From positions 5,075 to 69,074 of the forward strand of contig CABQLK010000004.1 in NCBI GenBank assembly GCA_902465015.1: a DNA stretch of 64,000 nucleotides, in the 5' to 3' direction. Below the pieces are notes generated by a model. That model worked only from the letters and a program-made list of their open reading frames with translations, was not told the DNA's origin and did not search any database. Position 1 is the first letter of the stretch. Each line of letters starts with the position of its first letter. The position numbers and the translations under genes are program-made. Shown piece by piece: positions 27,329 to 36,460 of the stretch. This DNA is from an uncultured Collinsella sp. (GTDB taxonomy: Bacteria > Actinomycetota > Coriobacteriia > Coriobacteriales > Coriobacteriaceae).

Positions 27329-29101
27329 TTAGAGCGCCTCCTCATCGAGCGGGGCGGCCATGGTGCCCTCGCCCGCAAGCGGCGACTTATCGCGCCAGAC
27401 GTTCTCGAACTGCTCCTTGTCGAGCACGTGGTCGCGCTTGGCGGCAACATCGGTCACCGTCACGCGGTCGGTGCAGGAGTAGCACGGGTCGAGCGAGCCG
27501 ACGATCAACGCCGCGTCGCCCACGGTGTTGCCGCGGAACATGTAGCGCAGGACCGGCCAGTTGCTGTACGTGGCGGCCTTGGCGCGCCAGCGGTAGCACT
27601 TCTGGTTGTTGCCGAGCATGGCCCAGTGCACGTCCTCGCCGCGCGGCGCCTCGGTGGCGCCGATGGCGTACTTGTGCGGGGTGTACTCCCAATCCGTGGT
27701 GAGGATGGGGCCCGACGGGCAGTTCTCGAGCATGGTCTCGATCATGTCGATCGAATCGTAGGCCTCCTGGATGCGAACGGCGGTACGGCCGAAGGCATCG
27801 CAGGTGTCGGCCGTAGCGGCGTGCATCTTTTGGACGTCCGGATCGGCGTAGCCGTCGAAGGGATGGTCAAAGCGCACGTCGCGGGCATAGCCCGAGCCAC
27901 GCATGAGCGGGCCGACCGGAGAGAAGTCGCGTGCGATCTTGCGGTCCAGAATGCCGATGCCACTCGTACGCTCAATAAAGTTGGGCGTGGAGAGTAAGAC
28001 GTCGACGAGCTCCTGAACCTCGGAGCGCAGCTGGTGGATGGTCGTGAGCGTGGAGAGCTTCTGCTCGGCCAAAATGTCACGACGCACGCCGCCAATCACG
28101 TTGAGGCCGTAGGTCTTGCGGTGACCGGAGAGCTTCTCGGCCAGGTCCATGGACTTCTCGCGGACGCGGAAGAACTGCTGGAAGCCGGAGTCGAAGCCCG
28201 TGTAGTGAGACGCCAGGCCAATGTTGAGCAGGTGCGAGTGCAGGCGCTCGACCTCGAGCATGATGGCGCGGATGTACTGCGCGCGCGGCGGGACGTGAAT
28301 GCCCTGGGCGCGCTCGACAGCCTCGGCGTAGGCCACCGAGTGGGCGCAGCCGCAGATACCGCAGATACGGTCGGCAAGGAACGTCACGGCATCATAGTTC
28401 AGGCGCGTCTCGGCGACCTTCTCCATGCCGCGGTGCACGTAGAACAGACGGTAGTCGGCGTCGACGATCGTCTCGCCCTCAACGAACAGGCGGAAGTGGC
28501 CGGGCTCGTCGGAGGTAATGTGCAACGGGCCCATGGGGACGAGCGTGGTCTCCTTGCCCTTGGTGTCGGCCAAGAACTCGTAGTTTTCCATGTCGCTCGC
28601 GGGAGCGGGACGGAAGCGGTAGTCCATGGAGTCCTTGCGCAGCGGGTACAGGCCGCTGGGCCAGTCATCGGGCAACACCAGGCGGCGACGATCGGGCAGA
28701 CCCTCGGGAATCAGGCCGAACATGTCGCGCAGCTCGCGCTCGCCCCACACGCAGGCGGGGACGAACGGCGTCACGGACGGGAACGTCATCTTGGCGGGAT
28801 CGACCTCGGCGCGGACGGTCACCCAGCCGGGATCCTCCCCCTCCATGGAGATGACGTAGTACACGGCGTAACGGCCGCACAGGCTGCGCTCATCGTTGCC
28901 GATGATCACGGGAATCCAGCCGTAGCGCTCGTAGTACAGGTAGTGGACGGCCTCGGGCAGCTTGTCCTGCTTGACGGTGATCGTCAGCTGGTCCTCGCAC
29001 TGCCACTCGACCTTCTCGATAGCGCCCGGCACTGCAGCACGCAGGGCCTCGACGTGGCTTTCGCAGCGACGAGCGTAGTCCTTCTTTTCAGGTTCTGCCA
29101 T
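27329..29101 (-). CDS. hyfG: [NiFe] hydrogenase large subunit (HycE/HyfG, fused NuoC/NuoD-like)
   Basis: N-terminal Ni-ligand motif RICGICGCAHS and C-terminal DPCYSCTDR, followed by a cleavable tail (the HycI substrate). Confidence 0.93.
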   Translation of the reverse strand: MAEPEKKDYARRCESHVEALRAAVPGAIEKVEWQCEDQLTITVKQDKLPEAVHYLYYERYGWIPVIIGNDERSLCGRYAVYYVISMEGEDPGWVTVRAEVDPAKMTFPSVTPFVPACVWGERELRDMFGLIPEGLPDRRRLVLPDDWPSGLYPLRKDSMDYRFRPAPASDMENYEFLADTKGKETTLVPMGPLHITSDEPGHFRLFVEGETIVDADYRLFYVHRGMEKVAETRLNYDAVTFLADRICGICGCAHSVAYAEAVERAQGIHVPPRAQYIRAIMLEVERLHSHLLNIGLASHYTGFDSGFQQFFRVREKSMDLAEKLSGHRKTYGLNVIGGVRRDILAEQKLSTLTTIHQLRSEVQELVDVLLSTPNFIERTSGIGILDRKIARDFSPVGPLMRGSGYARDVRFDHPFDGYADPDVQKMHAATADTCDAFGRTAVRIQEAYDSIDMIETMLENCPSGPILTTDWEYTPHKYAIGATEAPRGEDVHWAMLGNNQKCYRWRAKAATYSNWPVLRYMFRGNTVGDAALIVGSLDPCYSCTDRVTVTDVAAKRDHVLDKEQFENVWRDKSPLAGEGTMAAPLDEEAL

Positions 29102-29105
29102 GGTG

Positions 29106-30671
29106 CTAATTCACCTCACTTGTCTTGGTCTGGGAACTGAACACCATGCGGTAGAGAGGGGCCTCGTGGAGCTCTTCGACGCTCTGGTTCAAAACGACGG
29201 ACGTTGCATCCTCGACGCCGCTCGTGATGGCGACCGGGGTGGCGATACCGAACCACATGACCACAATCGCGAGGGCGATCTCGGGGATGATCATGAGGGC
29301 GGGCACCTCGTGGCGCTTCATGCCCTCGGGCGCCTTGCCGAAGATGGACTTGAGCGCGATGCCGGTAAGGGCGAAGTACACGCCGGTGAGGCCGATGGCC
29401 ACGAGCACGACCACCCAGATGGGACCGGACTGGATGCCGGCCACGAAGGTGAGGAACTCGGAGATGAACAGGGCGAACGGCGGGAAGGCGGCGAGCGCGA
29501 GCAGGGCGATGATGGTGAGCGCTGCCGTGACGGGAGCGATCTCGACGACGCCCTTGATCTTGTTCAGGTCGCGGGTGTGGTAGATGTGCTGGATGTTACC
29601 GGCCATGCAGAAGGCGAGCGCCTTCGTGAAGCCGTGGAAGATGCAGTGCAGCAGGCAGGCGGCGATACCGAGCGGACCACCGATACCCAGGCACAGCGCG
29701 ACCACACCGACGTTGTCGACGGAGGAGTACGCGAAGCGGCGCTTGATATCGTCCTGCTTGAAGATGCACAGGGCGGCCACCAGGATGGACAGCGTGCCCA
29801 GGATGAGCAGGAGCGTTCGCGGATAGGTGTCGCCCACCGTGATGATGGACAGGGAGTAGAAGCGGATGATCACCAGCATGGCGCACTTGAGCAGCACGCC
29901 CGAGAGCAGCGCGGAGACCGGGCTCGGAGCCTGGGAGTGCGCGTCGGGCAGCCAGGTGTGCATGGGGAACAGGCCCGCCTTGGTGCCGAAGCCGATGACG
30001 ATGAACGCGAACGCGAGGCGCACGAGCATCGGGTCGAACTGGTCGGCGTAGGGCATGATGGAGGTGAGGAAGGCGGCCTCATGCGCGTTGGGCATGATAT
30101 CGGCGGCGTTCGCGTAGATGAGCAGCGTGCCGAACAGGCCGAAGGCCACACCGGCGGTGCAGACCATCGCGTACTTCCAAGACGCCTCGAGCGCCTGCTT
30201 GTTCTTGTAGATGCCCACGAGGAACACGGTCGACAGCGTAGTGGCCTCGACCGCCGCCCAGGTGAGGATGATGTTGTTGGACAGGCAGGCGAGCAGCATC
30301 GTGAAGACGAACAGGCTGAACAGCGCGTAGTACTGCTTGGTGCGCTCGGCCGGCATGGTCTTCTCCTCGATATCGATCTTGATATAGGAGATGGAGTACA
30401 CGCCGGTGATGAACCCGATGATGCCTACCAGAAGGACGAAGATCGACGAGAGCGAATCGAGATGGAGCCACAGGCCCAAAGCGTCGATATTCTGCCCGCT
30501 CGAGAGCATGGTTCCCGCGGTGACGACCGAAAGGACAAGGGTCGCCGCGACGGAGATGGTGTTGAGCCCCGCGAAGACGTTGTAGGACGTCGTCTTGGGG
30601 AGCGCAGCCATAATCAGGGAGAACACGAGGGGACAAGCGAGCAGGGCGACCGTCAGCATTGAAACATCCAT
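29106..30671 (-). CDS. hyfF: Hydrogenase-4 antiporter-like membrane subunit (HyfF, NuoN/M-like)
   Basis: ~14 TM Mrp/NuoM-type layout with WLPDAH.. motif. Position matches hyfF. Confidence 0.82.
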   Translation of the reverse strand: MDVSMLTVALLACPLVFSLIMAALPKTTSYNVFAGLNTISVAATLVLSVVTAGTMLSSGQNIDALGLWLHLDSLSSIFVLLVGIIGFITGVYSISYIKIDIEEKTMPAERTKQYYALFSLFVFTMLLACLSNNIILTWAAVEATTLSTVFLVGIYKNKQALEASWKYAMVCTAGVAFGLFGTLLIYANAADIMPNAHEAAFLTSIMPYADQFDPMLVRLAFAFIVIGFGTKAGLFPMHTWLPDAHSQAPSPVSALLSGVLLKCAMLVIIRFYSLSIITVGDTYPRTLLLILGTLSILVAALCIFKQDDIKRRFAYSSVDNVGVVALCLGIGGPLGIAACLLHCIFHGFTKALAFCMAGNIQHIYHTRDLNKIKGVVEIAPVTAALTIIALLALAAFPPFALFISEFLTFVAGIQSGPIWVVVLVAIGLTGVYFALTGIALKSIFGKAPEGMKRHEVPALMIIPEIALAIVVMWFGIATPVAITSGVEDATSVVLNQSVEELHEAPLYRMVFSSQTKTSEVN

Positions 30672-30674
30672 GGC

Positions 30675-31328
30675 CTACCCCTTCAATTCGGTCAGGTCGT
30701 GGGAGTCGAGCGACTTGGTGTCGTTCCAAATCCTCACGACGACGGCGGACATGATGATGACGGCGAAGATGGCGTCGGTGGCGATGCCGATCTCGATGAT
30801 CTCGGGGGCCGTGGGCGCGAGCAGGGCGAGCGTCACGTGGCTACCGTTCTCCATAAGGCAGTACCCGAAGATCTGCTTGAGGATGTTGCGCTGGGAGATG
30901 ATGCACGTGAGGCCGACGAAGAAGTGCGCGAAGCTGATGGCGAGGGCCGGAGTGGCCACCTCGGCGGTGGGCAGGCTCAGGCGCGTGACCACCGCGAAGC
31001 AGACGGCCACCTCCAGACCGGTGAGGATGATGGTCCAGGCCGGCTTGATGGAGGAGGTCAGCGTGCTATCGGCAGGCGAACCCATCTTCTTGTAGGCACG
31101 GTTGAGAATGAACGGAACGAGGATCACCTTGGTGACGAAGGCCGACGCGGCCCACATGAGAAGCTCGGTGGCACCGGTGGTGAGGCCCAGGGTGAGCAGC
31201 ACGCCCACCAGGACAACCGACTGGATCGCGTACCACTTGATGGCGGACGGGATGGTCTTCGAGACGACCACCATGGTGGAGGTCACGATCAGAAGACCGC
31301 CCAGGATATTGACTAACGAATAACCCAT
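30675..31328 (-). CDS. hyfE: Hydrogenase-4 membrane subunit HyfE
   Basis: 217-aa polytopic protein between two antiporter-like subunits, as in E. coli hyfD-E-F. Confidence 0.75.
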   Translation of the reverse strand: MGYSLVNILGGLLIVTSTMVVVSKTIPSAIKWYAIQSVVLVGVLLTLGLTTGATELLMWAASAFVTKVILVPFILNRAYKKMGSPADSTLTSSIKPAWTIILTGLEVAVCFAVVTRLSLPTAEVATPALAISFAHFFVGLTCIISQRNILKQIFGYCLMENGSHVTLALLAPTAPEIIEIGIATDAIFAVIIMSAVVVRIWNDTKSLDSHDLTELKG

Positions 31329-31338
31329 GTCCTACCTC

Positions 31339-32796
31339 CTAACCCATCCAACTAGAGGACAGAGGACCGGCGACGACGACCATGATCATGAGGACGACGA
31401 ACACGAACGCCATGGCGCGCGGAAGGGGCTGGCCGGCGGCCACGGTCTCGCTCGGCTCACCGGGCAGGACCTTACCCATCCAACGCAGGAACCATGCGAA
31501 GGTGGCGACGGTCTCGACGACCATGACGCACACGAGGACAAAGATGACCGTGTTGGTAGCACCAACCGCGAAGCCACCGGAAATGATCTGGAACTTGGAG
31601 AAGAACGTGCTCATGGGGGGCACGCCGGCGATAGCGGTCGCGGCGACCGCAAAGCCCACGCCCGTGACCGGGTACTTCTTCATGAGGCCCTGGATCTTGG
31701 GCAGCATACGGGTTCCCAGCGTGAAGCTGAGAGAGCCGGCGATGAGGAAGAACAGGGTCTTGGTGAACGCGTGGTTGAAGATGTGCTCGACGGCGCCGTT
31801 AAACGCCATCTGGCTTCCGAACACGGAGAGGCCCAGGCCAAAGAACACGTAGGCGAGCTGCGCGATCGTCGAGAAGGCGAGCAGGCGCTTCATATCCTTC
31901 TGGGGCAGGTACATGAGGAAGCCGAAGAGCATGGTCACGACGGCGTCGATGATGGCGACCCAACCGACGATCTCGGGGATATCGCCGGCGCTCGCAAGAG
32001 CGCGGGCGAACACGCACACGCCGACCTTAACCATGGACGCGCCATGGAGGTAGGCGGAAACGGGCGTGGGGGCCTCCATTGCGGAGGGCAGCCACATGTA
32101 GAGCGGGAACTGGGCGGACTTGGCCCAAGCAGCGAACAGGATGAGCAGCAGCACGACGGTCTTCATACCGGAATCGAGCTGGGAGATCGCGCTCAGCGCG
32201 AACGTGCCGGTTCCGGCGAACAGGAAGGCCGCGCCGATGTAGAGTCCCAGAGCGCCGATATGGGTGATGATGAGCGCCTTCATACCGGCCTTCTTGGCCG
32301 TGGGCGTCATGTAGTAGCTGATGAGGCCCCAGGAGCACACACCGGTGATCTCGAAGAAAACGAGCTGGCCGACGATGGTGGAGCTGTAGGCGAGACCGGC
32401 CATGGCGCCGATGAACGTGGAGAAGTACACGTAGAAGCGACGACGGGGCGCGTCGGGATGCTCCTTATTCTTATCGCTCATGTACGGGAACGAATAGATG
32501 ACGACGAGCAGGCCGATAGCGACGAACGCGGGTGCGAGCAGCGTGCTCATCCGGTCGAATATGAAGCCCATGACCAAGGTCTGGCCCATACTCGCCCAGG
32601 TTACATCGACCGCGTTCATGCCGTTTCCGGCAAACGTCGCGGCCAAGCCAACGGAAGCGACCGTGGCGATGCCGCCGGCAAAGGCGCAGATCCATTTAGC
32701 GTAGGGACGCGGCAGCATGACGATGAGCAGGGAGCCCAGCATGGGGACGGCGATCGCCACCATGGCAAAGAGGGACAAGCTCGATTCGATTGACAT
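31339..32796 (-). CDS. hyfD: Hydrogenase-4 antiporter-like membrane subunit (HyfD, NuoM/L-like)
   Basis: WLPSAMEAPTPVSAYLH motif, typical of NuoL/M/N-type subunits. Confidence 0.82.
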   Translation of the reverse strand: MSIESSLSLFAMVAIAVPMLGSLLIVMLPRPYAKWICAFAGGIATVASVGLAATFAGNGMNAVDVTWASMGQTLVMGFIFDRMSTLLAPAFVAIGLLVVIYSFPYMSDKNKEHPDAPRRRFYVYFSTFIGAMAGLAYSSTIVGQLVFFEITGVCSWGLISYYMTPTAKKAGMKALIITHIGALGLYIGAAFLFAGTGTFALSAISQLDSGMKTVVLLLILFAAWAKSAQFPLYMWLPSAMEAPTPVSAYLHGASMVKVGVCVFARALASAGDIPEIVGWVAIIDAVVTMLFGFLMYLPQKDMKRLLAFSTIAQLAYVFFGLGLSVFGSQMAFNGAVEHIFNHAFTKTLFFLIAGSLSFTLGTRMLPKIQGLMKKYPVTGVGFAVAATAIAGVPPMSTFFSKFQIISGGFAVGATNTVIFVLVCVMVVETVATFAWFLRWMGKVLPGEPSETVAAGQPLPRAMAFVFVVLMIMVVVAGPLSSSWMG

Positions 32797-32812
32797 AGTT
32801 TCTCCCTTCTCC

Positions 32813-33736
32813 CTACACGCCTACGACGACGAAGACGAACGCGAGGACCGCGATGCCGACGACGGCCCAGGTCTGGTTACCGAGCACCTTGAAGCGCGAA
32901 CGGGAAACGGAGTTCTCGAGCACGCCGCAGACGACGAAATCGACCAGGCACTTGACGAGGAAGACGACGGCGCCCACGAGAGCGGTGACGCCGATGGTCG
33001 CGGGCTCTCCCCAGGGGATGAAGATGGAGGTGAACCAAGCGACGACCACGACCTGCTTCATGCCCATGGCGAGCTTCATCATGGCCAGGGACGGGCCGGA
33101 GAGCTCGGCGAGCGGACCCTCCTGGAGCTCCTGCTCGGCTTCGGCCTGATCGAACGGAAGCTTGCCGAGCTCCATGTAACAGGCGGCCGCGAAGGCGACG
33201 CCGGCGAGGATAACGGCGACGACGCTCGAGACGTTGCCCGTAACGATGTGCTGACCCATGGTCGCAATGTCCGTGGAGCCGCACACGATGGCGACGGTGA
33301 ACAGCGCGATGAGCATGGACGGCTCGATGAGCACGCTCATGAGGAGCTCGCGGATACCGCCGAAGCCCGCGTAGGCGTTGGAGGAATCCACGCCGGACAG
33401 CGCGAAGAAGAAGCGGGACAGCGCGAGCGCGTACATGATGGTGATGGCGTCACCAAAGACGGGCATGGGGCTCTGGAGCGTGAACATGGGCAGGCCCATG
33501 GCGAGCATAAACGACACCGCGAGGAACAGCGGCGGCATGATGCGAAGCACGAAGCTCGAGTCGGAACTCACGGACTCGGGACGCGCCATGAGCTTCGCGA
33601 GGTCCCGGTAATCCTGAAGGATGGACGGACCGCGGCGATTGTGCATCTTCGCGCGAATCACACGGGCGAGGCCGGAGAAGAAGGGCGCGACCAGCATGAC
33701 CACGAGGCCCTGCGCTATCGCAAGAACGATGTTCAT
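32813..33736 (-). CDS. hyfC: Formate hydrogenlyase membrane subunit (HycD/HyfC, NuoH-like)
   Basis: ATG at 33736 (MNIVLAIAQG...R.K.H.R.GP) with GGGGAGAGGA upstream gives 307 aa, the same size as HycD. The 424-aa ORF-track version overlaps hyfB. Confidence 0.88.
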   Translation of the reverse strand: MNIVLAIAQGLVVMLVAPFFSGLARVIRAKMHNRRGPSILQDYRDLAKLMARPESVSSDSSFVLRIMPPLFLAVSFMLAMGLPMFTLQSPMPVFGDAITIMYALALSRFFFALSGVDSSNAYAGFGGIRELLMSVLIEPSMLIALFTVAIVCGSTDIATMGQHIVTGNVSSVVAVILAGVAFAAACYMELGKLPFDQAEAEQELQEGPLAELSGPSLAMMKLAMGMKQVVVVAWFTSIFIPWGEPATIGVTALVGAVVFLVKCLVDFVVCGVLENSVSRSRFKVLGNQTWAVVGIAVLAFVFVVVGV

Positions 33737-33753
33737 AATATCCTCTCCCCTCT

Positions 33754-35772
33754 CTAGACCATGACCACGGCGAGCACGAGGAAGACCACGAGCGCCGCGA
33801 CGATGTAGCAGATGTATACGGAGTAGTTGCCGCCCTCGATCTTGGAGGCGAGGCCGGCCAGCTTGTCGGCACCCTCGCTCGGTGCATCGACCAGGAAACG
33901 GTCGGGCAGGGGCTCGACGCCCTGGGCGACACCGGTGAGCTTCTGGAACACGTGCGCGATGGACCAGCAGATCTTGGTGCATACCTCGCGCAGGGTGTAG
34001 AGCGGGCCCATGAAGAGTTCGACGTCGGACGCGAAGCTCGTGGCGACGACGGGCATGTGCTCGTTGGGCTCGTAGCCGCACGCCCAAGGGTCGGTCTTCT
34101 TAGCGGGGGCCTTGGCGCCGAGGCAGGACCTCAACGCGAACGCGAGGCCGGTGAGGACCACGAGCGCGATGGCGATCGCGGGGGTGGAGGTGGCGGCACC
34201 GGAAATCTCGTTCACGAGAGACACGCCCGAGGTGGCTGTGACGGCGGAGCCGGCAAGCACGCTCTGGGCGACGTCGCCCAGAACCGGGGCGATGACCGGG
34301 GAGCCGATTCCCAGTACCACGCAGATGGCCGCGAGGAGCATCTGCGAGAACAACATCGGAGCCGGGGACTCCTTGGCGTTCGCGGCCTCCTGGGAACGAG
34401 GGCTGCTCGCGAACGAGACGCCGTAGGCCTTCACGAAGCACGTGACGGCCAGGGCACCGGTGATGGCGAGGGCGGCCGCGGAGGCGACGGCGAACACCAT
34501 GACGACCGGGTCGGAGAGCGTCGAGATGTTGAACAGGGACTGGTAGGTGAACCACTCGGAAACGAAGCCGTTGAGCGGCGGGATGGCCGAGATGGCAAGG
34601 GCACCGATGAGGAAGCAGACGGCCGTGACCGGCATACGACGGAACAGGCCGCCCATCTTCTCCATATTGCGTGTACCCGTGGAGTACAGCAGCGCACCGG
34701 CGCCCAAGAACAGCTCGCCCTTAAACATCGCGTGGTTAAACGTGTGGTAGAGGGCTGCCATCAGGGCCAGGACGGCGATGCCGACCGAGTCGAGCGCCAT
34801 GGCGGCCATGGAGGCGCCGACGCCGAGCAGAATGATGCCGATGTTCTCGACGGAGTGATAGGCCAGCAGGCGCTTGATGTCATGCTCCTGCAGGGCGAAG
34901 GCCACGCCGAGAACCGACGAGATCGCACCGAACACCATGACCATAAGGCCCCACCAGACCTGAACGCCCGAGGCGGAGAGCAGGTCGAGGCCCACCTTGA
35001 GGATGCCGAAGATACCGATCTTAATCATGCCGCCGGACATGAGGGCACTCACGTTGGACGGCGCCTCGGGATGTGCCTTGGGCAGCCAGCCGTGCAGCGG
35101 GATGATACCGGCCTTGGCGCCAAAGCCAAAGAAGGCGAGCACGAAGCACACGGATGCGACTGCGGGGCTAAACTGCGTGGCGCGGAAATCCGCAAAGGCA
35201 AACGAGCCACCGGCGAAGTTGGTCATGGTGAGGAAGCTCGCCATGATGAGCACAAAGCCCACGTGCGCGATCACAAAGTAGAGCCAACCGCCATGGATGG
35301 AGTTCTCGTTCTCCTCGATCACGACCAGGAAGTACGAGGTCAGCGACATGAGCTCAAAGGCAACCAGGAACCAAAACACGTTGTCGGCGGTGATGACGAG
35401 CATCATGGACGCCACGAAGGTGTTAAAGAAGAAGCCGGCGCGGCCCTTTTTGCCCGGGTACTCATCAAAGTAGTTGAGACCGTAGATCGAACCGGCAAAC
35501 GCGAGCACCGAGATGAGCGCCACGAACAGGCCGGACAGCTGATTGAGCAGCAGCTGGAAATGGGCAAACGGGAAGAACACGATGGTGTCGACCGACGTGA
35601 CATCGCCCAGCACGGCCTGGATACCGGCCACAAACGAAAGCACCGCGGCGACGGCGCCGATAAGGCAGCCGGCGGTCTTGGCGGCGTTATCGGCCTTGAT
35701 CAGCAGAATCGAGGCGAGCGCACCGATGCACGAGACGGCAAGCGATGCGACAAACAGCGTCATGCTATCCAT
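33754..35772 (-). CDS. hyfB: Formate hydrogenlyase antiporter-like membrane subunit (HyfB/HycC, NuoL-like)
   Basis: 672 aa, WLPKAHPEAPSNVSALMSG motif. The start overlaps the hyfA stop. Confidence 0.88.
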   Translation of the reverse strand: MDSMTLFVASLAVSCIGALASILLIKADNAAKTAGCLIGAVAAVLSFVAGIQAVLGDVTSVDTIVFFPFAHFQLLLNQLSGLFVALISVLAFAGSIYGLNYFDEYPGKKGRAGFFFNTFVASMMLVITADNVFWFLVAFELMSLTSYFLVVIEENENSIHGGWLYFVIAHVGFVLIMASFLTMTNFAGGSFAFADFRATQFSPAVASVCFVLAFFGFGAKAGIIPLHGWLPKAHPEAPSNVSALMSGGMIKIGIFGILKVGLDLLSASGVQVWWGLMVMVFGAISSVLGVAFALQEHDIKRLLAYHSVENIGIILLGVGASMAAMALDSVGIAVLALMAALYHTFNHAMFKGELFLGAGALLYSTGTRNMEKMGGLFRRMPVTAVCFLIGALAISAIPPLNGFVSEWFTYQSLFNISTLSDPVVMVFAVASAAALAITGALAVTCFVKAYGVSFASSPRSQEAANAKESPAPMLFSQMLLAAICVVLGIGSPVIAPVLGDVAQSVLAGSAVTATSGVSLVNEISGAATSTPAIAIALVVLTGLAFALRSCLGAKAPAKKTDPWACGYEPNEHMPVVATSFASDVELFMGPLYTLREVCTKICWSIAHVFQKLTGVAQGVEPLPDRFLVDAPSEGADKLAGLASKIEGGNYSVYICYIVAALVVFLVLAVVMV

Positions 35773-36382
35773 TGCTTACGCTCCCTTCTGCTTTCTCGGA
35801 CAGGCCCTGGGACACAGCGGTAGCGTCGACGGCCGGACCGTTTTCGATCGAGCGCAGGCGCTTGGCCTCGTCGAGCTCGCGATCGGCCGCGCCGCCCATG
35901 ACGGTCAGCGCCTTGGTGGGGCACGCCGCCACACAATACGGGCCGTCCGGATCGAAGGCGCACAGGTCGCATTTGACAGCGCAGGTGTACTGGCCAGGAG
36001 CCCATGTAAGCAAGCTGCTCAGGGACTTGGGATACGAAGGCGTCGGGTCGCACATGCCTGCGACACCGGCGATAGACGTGCCATCGGGATGGATAGCTCC
36101 GAAGGGGCACGCGATGGCGCACAGCCTGCACCCGATGCACTCCTGCTCCTTGACGTGGATGCGATCGCCATCGTGCTCGATGGCATTCACCGGGCAGACC
36201 TCGGCGCAGGGGGCACCCTCGCAATGGTGGCAGGCAAGGGCGGCCGAAATACCGCCGGTCTTCACGAGCGCCAGGCGCGGCGCATCCTGAAGACCCTGCA
36301 TCCGGTGGGCGTCGGCACAGGCGGACTGGCATGTTCCGCAGCCGATGCACCTCTCCGGGTTGATGTCGATGAAGCGGTTCAT
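35765..36382 (-). CDS. hyfA: Formate hydrogenlyase 4Fe-4S ferredoxin-type subunit (HyfA/HycB)
   Basis: MNRFIDINPERCIGCGTCQSAC parallels the HycB N-terminus and there are four Cys clusters. ATG at 36382 lies 5 nt after AAGGAAG. Confidence 0.88.
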   Translation of the reverse strand: MNRFIDINPERCIGCGTCQSACADAHRMQGLQDAPRLALVKTGGISAALACHHCEGAPCAEVCPVNAIEHDGDRIHVKEQECIGCRLCAIACPFGAIHPDGTSIAGVAGMCDPTPSYPKSLSSLLTWAPGQYTCAVKCDLCAFDPDGPYCVAACPTKALTVMGGAADRELDEAKRLRSIENGPAVDATAVSQGLSEKAEGSVSNG

Positions 36383-36460
36383 CCCCACTTCCTTTCAAAA
36401 TAACGGGCCGGGCTCCCGAACGTACGGGACGCCCGGCCCAAAAAGCCAACGAGAACGGGA

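Noticed and set aside
26611-27450. N-terminally extended ORF-track versions of hyfH (279 aa), hyfC (32813..34087, 424 aa), mog (53515..54087), valS, folC, the MopB enzyme and others.
   Set aside because: The extensions overlap the preceding gene, are Arg/Pro-rich, and each contains an internal ATG/GTG with a good Shine-Dalgarno that matches the N-terminus expected for the family.
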